IMG/VR virus record: IMGVR_UViG_3300030207_002502
Span: 1 to 24,571 of that record
Source of the DNA: a virus
Taxonomy: Duplodnaviria; Caudoviricetes
Direction: 5' to 3' (one strand)
Length of the DNA stretch: 24,571 nt
A program made the position numbers and the translations under genes. The notes beneath the pieces are model-generated. The model was not told the origin of the DNA. It made no database searches and saw only the letters and a program-made list of their open reading frames with translations. Below are positions 9,161 to 17,300 of this stretch, in pieces (the stretch's first letter is position 1; each line of letters opens with the position of its first letter).

Positions 9161-9359
9161 CCGTCGTCGCCCTCGCCCGAAGAAGAAACGATGGATCAGG
9201 GACGCCTGGTCCGCCCCGATGCCACAGATATTCCAGCAGGGCAACGACAGTTTCTGGAAGAATAATCCTTGCCCGTTTGAACGAAACACTATGGAATATA
9301 GAGAGTGGCATCGAGGTTTCAACCACGCCTACTTTGTCAACATGAACAGTGCGAGGTAA
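9153..9359 (+). CDS. Small protein with Rmf-like motif
   Basis: Likely GTG at 9153 overlapping the end of nrdJ; FQQG...CPF......EWHRGF...Y pattern resembles ribosome modulation factor; basic N-terminus. Confidence 0.55.
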   Translation: MSDRRRPRPKKKRWIRDAWSAPMPQIFQQGNDSFWKNNPCPFERNTMEYREWHRGFNHAYFVNMNSAR

Positions 9360-9361
9360 CC

Positions 9362-9682
9362 ATGAAGGTCAATCTCAACATAGACCCGGATCTTAGATTA
9401 GGAGATCCAGGCAAGGTTGTTTTATCTCTTTTTCACGACGTCAGCGGTAACGTGCTGGCAGAGAAAGAGTTCGATCTGCACGATCTTTTAGCAGACTACA
9501 TGAGTGCCAAGGCAATCGCGTTGCCAGGCAGTTCGTCGGAGTTCTACATACCTGTAACTGCACGGGCTGATACCGCCAGCATGGTCGCCGGCCTATCTCA
9601 TGTAGCGCGCGAAGCTAATGAGATGTACGACGATCTCACACAACATAATATTCAGAACATCTCATCTGCTCGTGTGTTATGA
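9362..9682 (+). CDS. Hypothetical protein (106 aa)
   Basis: ATG 9362 with GAGGT RBS; ATGA overlap with the formyltransferase gene. Confidence 0.7.
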   Translation: MKVNLNIDPDLRLGDPGKVVLSLFHDVSGNVLAEKEFDLHDLLADYMSAKAIALPGSSSEFYIPVTARADTASMVAGLSHVAREANEMYDDLTQHNIQNISSARVL

Positions 9683-10299
9683 AGATTATGCTGATGGGTC
9701 CGCGCTGGCGGAACGAGTCGCTTGCCCTGTGGCTTACGGCGCGAGGTCATCGCGTCTTGATAGACGACGGGCGCAAAGATGATCGATACTTCTCTCGTAT
9801 CAACCCTGACTACATAATATCGAACGGGTATGGGCCGATCTTCAGCAAGTTCGTCTGCGAGAGCTACAAGAATCGTATCATCAACATACATCCAGCGGCA
9901 TTGCCGTGGGGACGCGGTATCTATCCAAACGTCTGGGCTTTGTTTGAGGGTCATCCGATTGGCGTGTCGGTTCATCTGATCGACGAAGGCATCGACACAG
10001 GCAAGCTCCTCGACGTAGAGTTCATGCCAAAATACGAGCGCGAGTGGCGTGTCTCTAATCTGAATGAAACGCTACAGACGTTCTACTCGCACCTGTTGCG
10101 GCGTGCCGAAGAGTTGTTCAAACGAACGTGGTTACGTGTCGAGGCGTGCAACTGCCCGCCTTTCGATCAAGAACCGATTGGCTACGACTCTTACAAGAAT
10201 CGCGCGCAGTCAGAGGAGTTGATGTCGCGCTTTGTAGATCGATGGAATACCCCTATTGCCTTGGTCCAACTTGCGGGGGAGCATATACGTGACCAATGA
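9679..10299 (+). CDS. Stand-alone N10-formyltetrahydrofolate-dependent formyltransferase
   Basis: PDYIIS.GY, IINIHPAALPWGRG..P..W and GVSVHLIDEGIDTG retain the catalytic Asn/His/Asp of the PurN/Fmt/sugar N-formyltransferase fold; no Fmt C-terminal domain. Confidence 0.9.
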   Translation: MKIMLMGPRWRNESLALWLTARGHRVLIDDGRKDDRYFSRINPDYIISNGYGPIFSKFVCESYKNRIINIHPAALPWGRGIYPNVWALFEGHPIGVSVHLIDEGIDTGKLLDVEFMPKYEREWRVSNLNETLQTFYSHLLRRAEELFKRTWLRVEACNCPPFDQEPIGYDSYKNRAQSEELMSRFVDRWNTPIALVQLAGEHIRDQ

Positions 10300-11503
10300 T
10301 TTTCCGCCACGCAAAGCGTTCGGCGACGATGAACGAGACGCAATCGACGAGGTGTCGACATACTATCGATACAGCGATGCCGACCCCGGTTACAACGGTA
10401 TCTTCCAAGATCAGTTCGAGAAAGATCTGGCTAAATTTTATGGCAAGGGCGAAGCGGTGGCTGTCAACAGCGGTACGAACGCCCTGTACATCGCTCTGTG
10501 CGCCTTGAACCTGAGAGAGGGGCGCGAGGTAATCGTCTCCCCGGTAACAGACAGCGGGACGGTCCACGCAATCTTAGCGGCGAATCTTGTGCCGGTCGTC
10601 GCTGATGCAGCGCCGGGCAGCTACAACACCGGACTCGAACAGGTGCGAGACTGCACAACCGACAAGACGGCGGCCGTCATGCTCGTTCACACAGCGGGCG
10701 AGCCAGTGCCAGAGACTGTTGAGATCGCCGAGATGTGCCTTCATGCCGCTATCCCTCTCGTCGAAGATGTCAGCCAAGCTATGGGCGCGCATATCGACGG
10801 GCAGTTCGTCGGATCTTTCGGCACACTGGCTGCCGGGTCTATGATGTACAGAAAAAATCTACAGTGTGGAGGCAGCGGCGGCTTTGTTTATGGCGTAGGC
10901 CCTGACCTAATGAAGCAGGTCATGGCACACCGAGACCGAGGCAAGCAGCCCTGGCGCACTGATCTAAATCAGAATGATCCCGGTACGGCCCTTTTCCCGG
11001 CCTTGAATCATAATTTTAATGAGTGGGAAAGCGCCATCGCCTCGGCGTCACTGAAACGCCTGAAGAAAACAAACCTCGACCGGCTGATGTTTTTGTACGC
11101 GCTGCACGAAAAGATGCAAGACGCGAAATGTGAAAGCCTGCTGTACGGGTTTCATACAGGCTACGCGCCGTTCTATATCCCAGTCTGGTCGCCCTTCAAA
11201 GACAAGATGGCGTTTGCGACATCTCTCAAGACAAAAGGCATCCCGCTGCTCGAACACTACGGATGTCTTGTGGCTGATTGGTTACACATAGAAAAACATG
11301 TCAACTGGCAGCCCAACCACGCCTACAGTGAGGGGCATGTGCCGTGGGCGTCTCGTAGTCCGAACGCACGACACACCCGCGACAGCACGTTCAACCTATT
11401 CCTCAACGAAAATTATGACGTCTGGCACGTCCGCCGGATCGTCCAAGCCATCAAAGAAACCGAAACTGAAATGGAGGCGCGTGGTGCTGCACGCCGAAAA
11501 TAA
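10289..11503 (+). CDS. DegT/DnrJ/EryC1/StrS-family PLP-dependent sugar aminotransferase
   Basis: FEKDLA, AVAVNSGTNAL, EVIV, VMLVHTAG, LVEDVSQAMGA, and GSMMYRKNLQCGGSGG containing the likely PLP lysine; likely GTG start at 10289 after GGGGA. Confidence 0.92.
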   Translation: MTNDFPPRKAFGDDERDAIDEVSTYYRYSDADPGYNGIFQDQFEKDLAKFYGKGEAVAVNSGTNALYIALCALNLREGREVIVSPVTDSGTVHAILAANLVPVVADAAPGSYNTGLEQVRDCTTDKTAAVMLVHTAGEPVPETVEIAEMCLHAAIPLVEDVSQAMGAHIDGQFVGSFGTLAAGSMMYRKNLQCGGSGGFVYGVGPDLMKQVMAHRDRGKQPWRTDLNQNDPGTALFPALNHNFNEWESAIASASLKRLKKTNLDRLMFLYALHEKMQDAKCESLLYGFHTGYAPFYIPVWSPFKDKMAFATSLKTKGIPLLEHYGCLVADWLHIEKHVNWQPNHAYSEGHVPWASRSPNARHTRDSTFNLFLNENYDVWHVRRIVQAIKETETEMEARGAARRK

Positions 11504-12494
11504 AACTCTCTACGCTATCGTCGACTTGGCTATTCATCCTTGCACGTTCGACTTCATGCATACCGCTGTCAACGCCGACATGGCGCGCAGGGCGAACAAC
11601 CTCGAAGAATTACACTTCGTCTTTCTGCTGGGGCCTAACGAAAGCTTTCGGCAGCAGACGCCGAAGGACATGGCGTTGTCCCAGGCCGAGAAGTTATGGC
11701 GCGTCAGGCAGATTTTGACGCCCATCGCATGGATGATGCCGGCGTGCAAGGGCGTTTCGACGTATCTCAACCGTATCGAGGCAGCCAAAGAGATTGCGAT
11801 GCTGCCGCCAGCGATTATGTTCCCAAACACGTACCACATCAATCAGCCTATCGGAGCTTTCATGCTTCAACAGGTTGTTGAGATTTACAATCAGGTGAAA
11901 GATAAAGGTATCACGCCTGTAGTGATGCAGGCGCAAGAGGGCGCGCTGCATTACGTCGACAGGTGGATTGAGGCGAACGATATTGAGCCGTCGAAGCTGG
12001 TGACACTGACCGTGAGACAGAGCCGGGTAGAGCCGGCGCGCAACAGCAACATCCAGAGTTTTACGCGGTTCGCCAAAAAACTAAAGCAGCAGGGATACTA
12101 TCCTGTCATGTTGCACGACACGGATGTTGCATCTGTCGCGCCGCCAGAGTACTATAAAGATGATCAGGCTGTCCCGTATCTTCCCGGCCCGGTCAACTTA
12201 GAGTTGAGAGCAGCACTGTACCAACGGGCATTCGCCTCATTGTCCCACAATGGTGCAGCCGCTGCTCTCAATTTTTTTATGCCTGATACACGTTATGCTT
12301 GCTTCGTCCCGGTCGATGCACTGCCAGAAGTAATCAAAGACGAAGGTATGGACGGGCAGAAGCGGCTGCTGGGCGTCGGCCCTGGCGAGCAGTACGAGTT
12401 CTCAAATCCACATCAAAAGTACGTGTGGGAAAAATGCACCGCCACGAACCTTGAGAAGGCGTTCTCAGAGTTGATGAGCAGTGAAAAAACCTGA
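11484..12494 (+). CDS. Putative GT-B fold glycosyltransferase
   Basis: C-terminal half LVTLTVRQS...RNSNI..F...L..QGYYPV...LRAALYQRA..LSHNG recalls the donor-binding domain of GT9/TIGR04372-like enzymes; overlaps the aminotransferase gene; GTG at 11481/11484 after GGAGG. Function is inferred. Confidence 0.55.
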   Translation: MLHAENKTLYAIVDLAIHPCTFDFMHTAVNADMARRANNLEELHFVFLLGPNESFRQQTPKDMALSQAEKLWRVRQILTPIAWMMPACKGVSTYLNRIEAAKEIAMLPPAIMFPNTYHINQPIGAFMLQQVVEIYNQVKDKGITPVVMQAQEGALHYVDRWIEANDIEPSKLVTLTVRQSRVEPARNSNIQSFTRFAKKLKQQGYYPVMLHDTDVASVAPPEYYKDDQAVPYLPGPVNLELRAALYQRAFASLSHNGAAAALNFFMPDTRYACFVPVDALPEVIKDEGMDGQKRLLGVGPGEQYEFSNPHQKYVWEKCTATNLEKAFSELMSSEKT

Positions 12495-12903
12495 CAGCTA
12501 CTACAGAAATCGACATGCAAAAGCGCCGTGGTTCAACATGTATCGTCGAGCTAGAGACCGTGCCATAAAAAAAGGTGTGCCATTTAATATTACAGCACAA
12601 TATATAAAATCTATTTGGCCTACTAATAATAGATGTCCTGTTTTAGACGTCCCCCTACGTGTCTCTAAGGGCCAGCCGTCTGATACATCCCCCTCACTAG
12701 ATCGAATTGTACCTAAAAAAGGATACGTGCGGGGGAACGTCATTATAGTCTGTAATAAAGCCAACACGATAAAATCGCACGCTACCGTCAAAGAAATCTG
12801 GCGCGTCTTCAGGCATTACAATAATATACTAAATGCGGTGCCACTTTCTAAATTTAAAGCGCGAAGGGACGTAAATACATATGGAAAAGGAGCAACAACA
12901 TGA
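12481..12903 (+). CDS. HNH-like (His-Me finger) endonuclease
   Basis: RARDRAIKKGVPFNIT, CPVL and SPSLDRIVPKKGYVRGNVIIVC..AN..K are typical of phage HNH-like nucleases; very basic; AT-richer than flanks. Confidence 0.8.
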   Translation: MKKPDSYYRNRHAKAPWFNMYRRARDRAIKKGVPFNITAQYIKSIWPTNNRCPVLDVPLRVSKGQPSDTSPSLDRIVPKKGYVRGNVIIVCNKANTIKSHATVKEIWRVFRHYNNILNAVPLSKFKARRDVNTYGKGATT

Positions 12904-13220
12904 CTACGACTGGGAAGATCGTTGGATTGATACTTATCTTATTGGGCGCGGTATTTATCGCGTCGAAACACGCGCAGGCCAAAGTGCCGGGGATGTGTGT
13001 ACCAACGCACAATCTAAACAAAGAGATGGCCCAACGATTTGCCGAGAAGCCGCTGTTTCGCGGAATCTCAAATGAGGGGTATTATGTAATGATATACTTC
13101 AGCGCCGAGAGCAAAAAGTGGACGGCTTTTGGTGTGCATCCTGCGGAGCCGCACAAGGCGTGTCCGTTGTCTGCGGGCAACGAGGGCGAACTGATAATCG
13201 ACAAAGGGGAAAACCTATGA
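12900..13220 (+). CDS. Hypothetical exported or membrane-anchored protein
   Basis: N-terminal hydrophobic stretch IVGLILILLGAVFIA followed by an AQA cleavage-like motif; two Cys in the mature part; GGAG RBS; ATGA overlaps at both ends. Confidence 0.7.
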   Translation: MTTTGKIVGLILILLGAVFIASKHAQAKVPGMCVPTHNLNKEMAQRFAEKPLFRGISNEGYYVMIYFSAESKKWTAFGVHPAEPHKACPLSAGNEGELIIDKGENL

Positions 13221-13321
13221 TCATCGCATGGCTTAGAAAGATTCTAAAGAGCGAACAAAAAAGCCGGGACCTTTCGGTACATCGGCTGCACACTTTGCGC
13301 TACGAAGATCTTTGTATGTAG
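13217..13321 (+). CDS. Hypothetical 34-aa peptide
   Basis: MIIAWLRKILKSEQKSRDLSVHRLHTLRYEDLCM; AGGGGA RBS; ATGA overlap; last gene of the + arm. Confidence 0.6.
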   Translation: MIIAWLRKILKSEQKSRDLSVHRLHTLRYEDLCM

Positions 13322-13477
13322 TCAGTCGTTTATTTGTTTCAATAAACGCATTATCTCACGCCGTTCGTAGGCGGAGTACGTGCCCCAGTTCGCGATATGC
13401 TCTAGGCTACGCTTGCATGTAAGGCACTTGTCCGTCTTGGCGCAGTAGTTGCAGACTCCCTTGCATGGAGTCTTCAC
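13322..13477 (-). CDS. DUF1289-like Cys-rich small protein (not in ORF track)
   Basis: Hand translation MKTPCKGVCNYCAKTDKCLTCKRSLEHIANWGTYSAYERREIMRLLKQIND fits the PC...C...C..C.R...I..W......R pattern; GTGA overlap with the endolysin stop. Confidence 0.8.
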   Translation of the reverse strand: MKTPCKGVCNYCAKTDKCLTCKRSLEHIANWGTYSAYERREIMRLLKQIND

Positions 13478-13926
13478 GATAAAAAAAGCTCCGTCTCTGC
13501 TTGTCGACGAAGCACTAAGCCGCGTAATCGCCGTCCCCCGGCAAACACCCAGCGGCTAAACTCTCTTGCAGCACTTTCGTACTCGCCACGATTGAGCTTC
13601 CTGCGTAAGGTACTCGATTGCAGCGACCCCGCACCTAAATTGTACGTGAAACTTACTAAGCTAGAGTACTGGTTGTCGGTCAGTTCTGTGTCGATCAGGC
13701 GCAGGACAGCCCGCTCGCATATTCTCAGATCGCGCTTCAGCAGCAGCGTGCCCTCGTCCTTGTTAATCTCAGGATGATTCATCGTCACGCGCTTGCCGTC
13801 TAAGCCCCAGATCGCACCCCACCCTATAGTGGCATGAGCCGCCGGGCAAATGTACGGTGTGGCGGACCAGCCCTCGAAGTGTTTGATGATATCAAGGCCA
13901 GCGTCTGGCGTGGCGCGGCGTGACAT
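13474..13926 (-). CDS. Endolysin, GH24 phage lysozyme
   Basis: IKHFEG....YICPA...TIGWG (E-x8-C-x5-T triad), LVSFTYNLG, STLRRKLN, GLVLRRQAETELF; no SAR domain. Confidence 0.95.
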   Translation of the reverse strand: MSRRATPDAGLDIIKHFEGWSATPYICPAAHATIGWGAIWGLDGKRVTMNHPEINKDEGTLLLKRDLRICERAVLRLIDTELTDNQYSSLVSFTYNLGAGSLQSSTLRRKLNRGEYESAAREFSRWVFAGGRRLRGLVLRRQAETELFLS

Positions 13927-14375
13927 TACTTGCGGGCCAGTGTGCGCGAGCCGAACCAGAAGGCGACGATTGCGCTGAATATGCCGGCAGTTTCTTCATC
14001 CCAGAGCAGCGAGATTGCAGTCACCGGGTCCTGGTGATTGTAGGCGATGGCCGCGTAGAGTGCTGCGCCTTTCACGACAGCGAAGACGGCGAAGAACAGG
14101 TACGTCAAAATAGGACGAACGCTGGCCCGCAGGCTGCCAACCCACCCGTCGTTCTTCATCGAACTGGCGTGTTTGTAGATGGCCTTGCTCTCTTGGATGT
14201 CCGCTTTTACGTGCAGTTCTTCGAGGCGCTGTTCGTGCTTCATCTCGGCCATCTTGATCTGGCGATCCATGATCTCCAGTTCTTGTTTGCGATCCTGCCA
14301 ATCTTGGAACATGTCGAACACGCGCGGCAGCATACTCGTGCCGAAGCCGATTAGCGAGCCGATGATGGTGATCAT
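13926..14375 (-). CDS. Putative holin (GTA 3-TM holin-like)
   Basis: Hydrophobic N-terminus, W...LRASVRPILTY, two TM segments, FWFGSR C-terminus; TAATG coupling to the endolysin gene. Confidence 0.75.
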   Translation of the reverse strand: MITIIGSLIGFGTSMLPRVFDMFQDWQDRKQELEIMDRQIKMAEMKHEQRLEELHVKADIQESKAIYKHASSMKNDGWVGSLRASVRPILTYLFFAVFAVVKGAALYAAIAYNHQDPVTAISLLWDEETAGIFSAIVAFWFGSRTLARK

Positions 14376-17300
14376 TGCGGTGACTCCTCGTCTTCTAGTT
14401 CTCTCCGTAATCTTTCTATATCGCCTGTATCTATGCCTTCGATTGTGCTTTCGTACTGCTTATTATATTCATCTCGTCTTTTATACATCGCATTAAATCT
14501 ATCCTGTTCGAGAGTCAAGCCAATACTTTTATAAATATTCTCTATGTAGCCAGGTTGATAGATTTTGGCCAAGGCGTATGCCTCTGCGGCTTTTTTTGCA
14601 GACTTCAGGAGCGTTTGCTGACCTCTCGTGTCGCCTTTTTCTTTAAATTTTTGATATATAGAACCTGATATAGTTTCTTTAAGTTTCCGAATGTACTCAG
14701 CACCCTCCAATTTTGTTCGGTAATAGTACCACTCGCGAGGCAACTCAATTTCTTGATCAGACTCAACCATTTTAATTTTTTTGCTCGTAAATTTATAAGG
14801 CACGTTATTTTTGTATAGTTCTTCAAAGATAGCTTGATTTTCTTTTGGATTACCAAGACGAGACACGGACGCGATTGGCAAAGGCCACCCCTGATTACGC
14901 AGGCGATCTTCGCCAAACTGATCAACACTCGGGAACAGTCGAACGCCCAGAGCCTCTCGCAGCTTCGGTGTCTTTGCAGTTGCGGCGGCAATAATTTTTG
15001 TGATGACGCCACTCTCGACATACGTTTCGCGCAAGACGGGATCGTAAAATGTCGCGGCAGCATCTGCGCCTGGCGCATCTCTCTCGCCCTTAGCAACGCT
15101 TGCTAAATACTTTTCCCTATCCTCTTTCGACATCGCGTCTATTTCTTGGAACTCTTTTTTAGGATCAGTGGTCAACGCGGCAACTTGCTCCGCAGCACGG
15201 CCGACAATGGCTGGGACGAAGCCGGCCGCTGCGTTTGCCGGGACGTCAGCAAGGATAGCGCCGCCAATCCGCTCTTGCAGGGTGTCGCCTTTCTGCGGAT
15301 TGAAGATTGCTTCGCCAATTTCCCCTATATTTTTTAGGTAAGTTTTATCAGACAGCATTAAAGTGAAGCTCGATACAGCCGCTTCAGATAGGCCACCTGC
15401 GAGTCTTAGAAGATCTTTCTTTTCTGCATCTGACAAGTTTGAATCGTGGATTTGTATCGACGCACGTTGAATGTCTGCCGCAAAACCCGCAAACATGGCA
15501 AACGGATCTAGTCGTGTATACGAATAGTATTTGTCACCAATCTTAATAGAAAATGGCTGCCAACCGCTACGGAGAAGGTTTGCCCGGATTTTTGGATCAG
15601 TCGGCCCTGCGCCGGTAATTAGGCCCTCTTGAGCGAGCATGAAAGCCCCGCTCATATATAAAGCGCCGGCAGTCTGACGAGCCACGACCTGATCTAGTCC
15701 GACGCCACCCTCTTTGAGGGCCTGACGATTCTGTTTACTAATCAGGGCGACGACAGGGAGTCTGTCGAAAGCGTAGTGCATAATATTTAGTGGAGTTTTG
15801 ACGAACGGAATTAGGACCGTGCCGAAAGGAACGCCAGGAATGCTGTCTAACATTTGTCTTAGTTTGAGAGTCCCCTGTGTAAGAGCAGTCTCCTGCTGAA
15901 ACACGTCCTCCAGCATACTCTTATTTGCTCTGTCGAGCATCTCTTGCGTAGGGTTTTCCACCAGTCGCTCAACTAAGGCGCCGTAGGAGTAGGATTTTGG
16001 ATTTATTTTTCCATCTGCACCTTCAATTGGGACCTCAAAAAATTCTTTGGTCATTTTGTTATATTTAAACTTCATGGTCGCGTCGACGCCCTTGATCTCA
16101 GAAATCGTACCTTCTTCGATCTCACGCTTTATTCGACGGAGCATCCTGTTTGCCTCTTCGTACAGGGCGCCCGTCTGAGCGATGGCTTTGAAGTACGTGT
16201 CGCCAAATGACATCATACGAGTGGGGACGCGGATAAGTTGGCCAAAGGTCCCTTTGATCACACCGGCCCCGCCCGTTTGCACAAATTCGTTCATGCCGGA
16301 CTCAGCGAAGCGTGCGCGAGCCGTAGCGTTTTCACCGAAGGCTTCTTTGGCTAGTCTTAGAGCTTTGAGAAAGTTCGTTGCGCCAGACGCTGCTTCGAGT
16401 TCAATCTCTTGTTTGGCGATGCGTTTCAGTTCGTCGTAAGGCTCCTCAATACCTTGAGCTTTTAGACCATTAACAACATCGTCGTAGTTTTTAGGGCCGT
16501 GCTTGCCTTTGCGAATGTTCTGCTCGATGCGCGCGTTCAATAACTGTAGACCCTCGGGAGATTCGAGATCTTTCATAATCCCTTTCGTCGGGTCGTACAT
16601 GGCGCGACCAGCGGTGATCCCACGAATACGCTGGGCCACATCGCCGAATGTGGTGACGTCTTCGGCACGAGCGCCTAGTGCCCGACGCACCGTGCCCATA
16701 GAGGCTGACAATGTGCCTTCAATTAAGTTACGAGCCACTGCCACGCCGAGGTTACCGCCAGTGTTGACTAGCTGCGTGTCGAAAGAGGACAAAATAGAGT
16801 TGTACCAGTACTCTTTCATTTTAGCCCCAAACGTAGCCTCCTCCTTAGAGCCACCATCTCTAATCATTTTTTCAAATGCAAGGGCGTCCATGTCTGGCTG
16901 AGAGGCTTTATCGATGAGTTTGTCGACGTCCTGCCCGCCTTCCTGAATCAATTCCTTTAAATAGTCGGCTTTATTTGAGGATGAAATGGGGATATTAAAA
17001 GATTGTTGTAGACGTCCTGACTCGCTGGCAATGCCAGTCACTGTTTCTTGTAAACTTCTATGTGCAAAAAGAGCCTGTAAGAACGCTCCCTTAGCCTGTA
17101 AATACCCCTCTTCTCCAGCCTCTCGCATGAGCTTGGCTTCTTGTGCAGCCAAAACTACATAGTCTGCGGATCGAACAAGGGCTTTTCGAGAAGCGACAGC
17201 GTATGCGGTAAGACCTGATAAATCGGCCGAAAGCTGCACGCCTCCAGTAATTTTTTGATGGAGAACGAGTGGAGACTCGGCATTTTTTTCTAAAGCATTA

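Noticed and set aside
9679-10299. Calling the formyltransferase purN or fmt
   Set aside because: It lacks the PurN N-terminal SGxGSN loop and the Fmt C-terminal domain; its context next to a sugar aminotransferase favours a sugar N-formyltransferase.
11298-11483. N-terminal extension of the 398-aa ORF (and similar extensions at 6412, 6683, 9096, 9305, 10256)
   Set aside because: They overlap upstream genes extensively; downstream starts with RBS or stop/start coupling fit better.
13327-13348. Annotating the hairpin as a confident intrinsic terminator
   Set aside because: The stem is AT-rich and has no clear U-tract; kept only as part of a finding.
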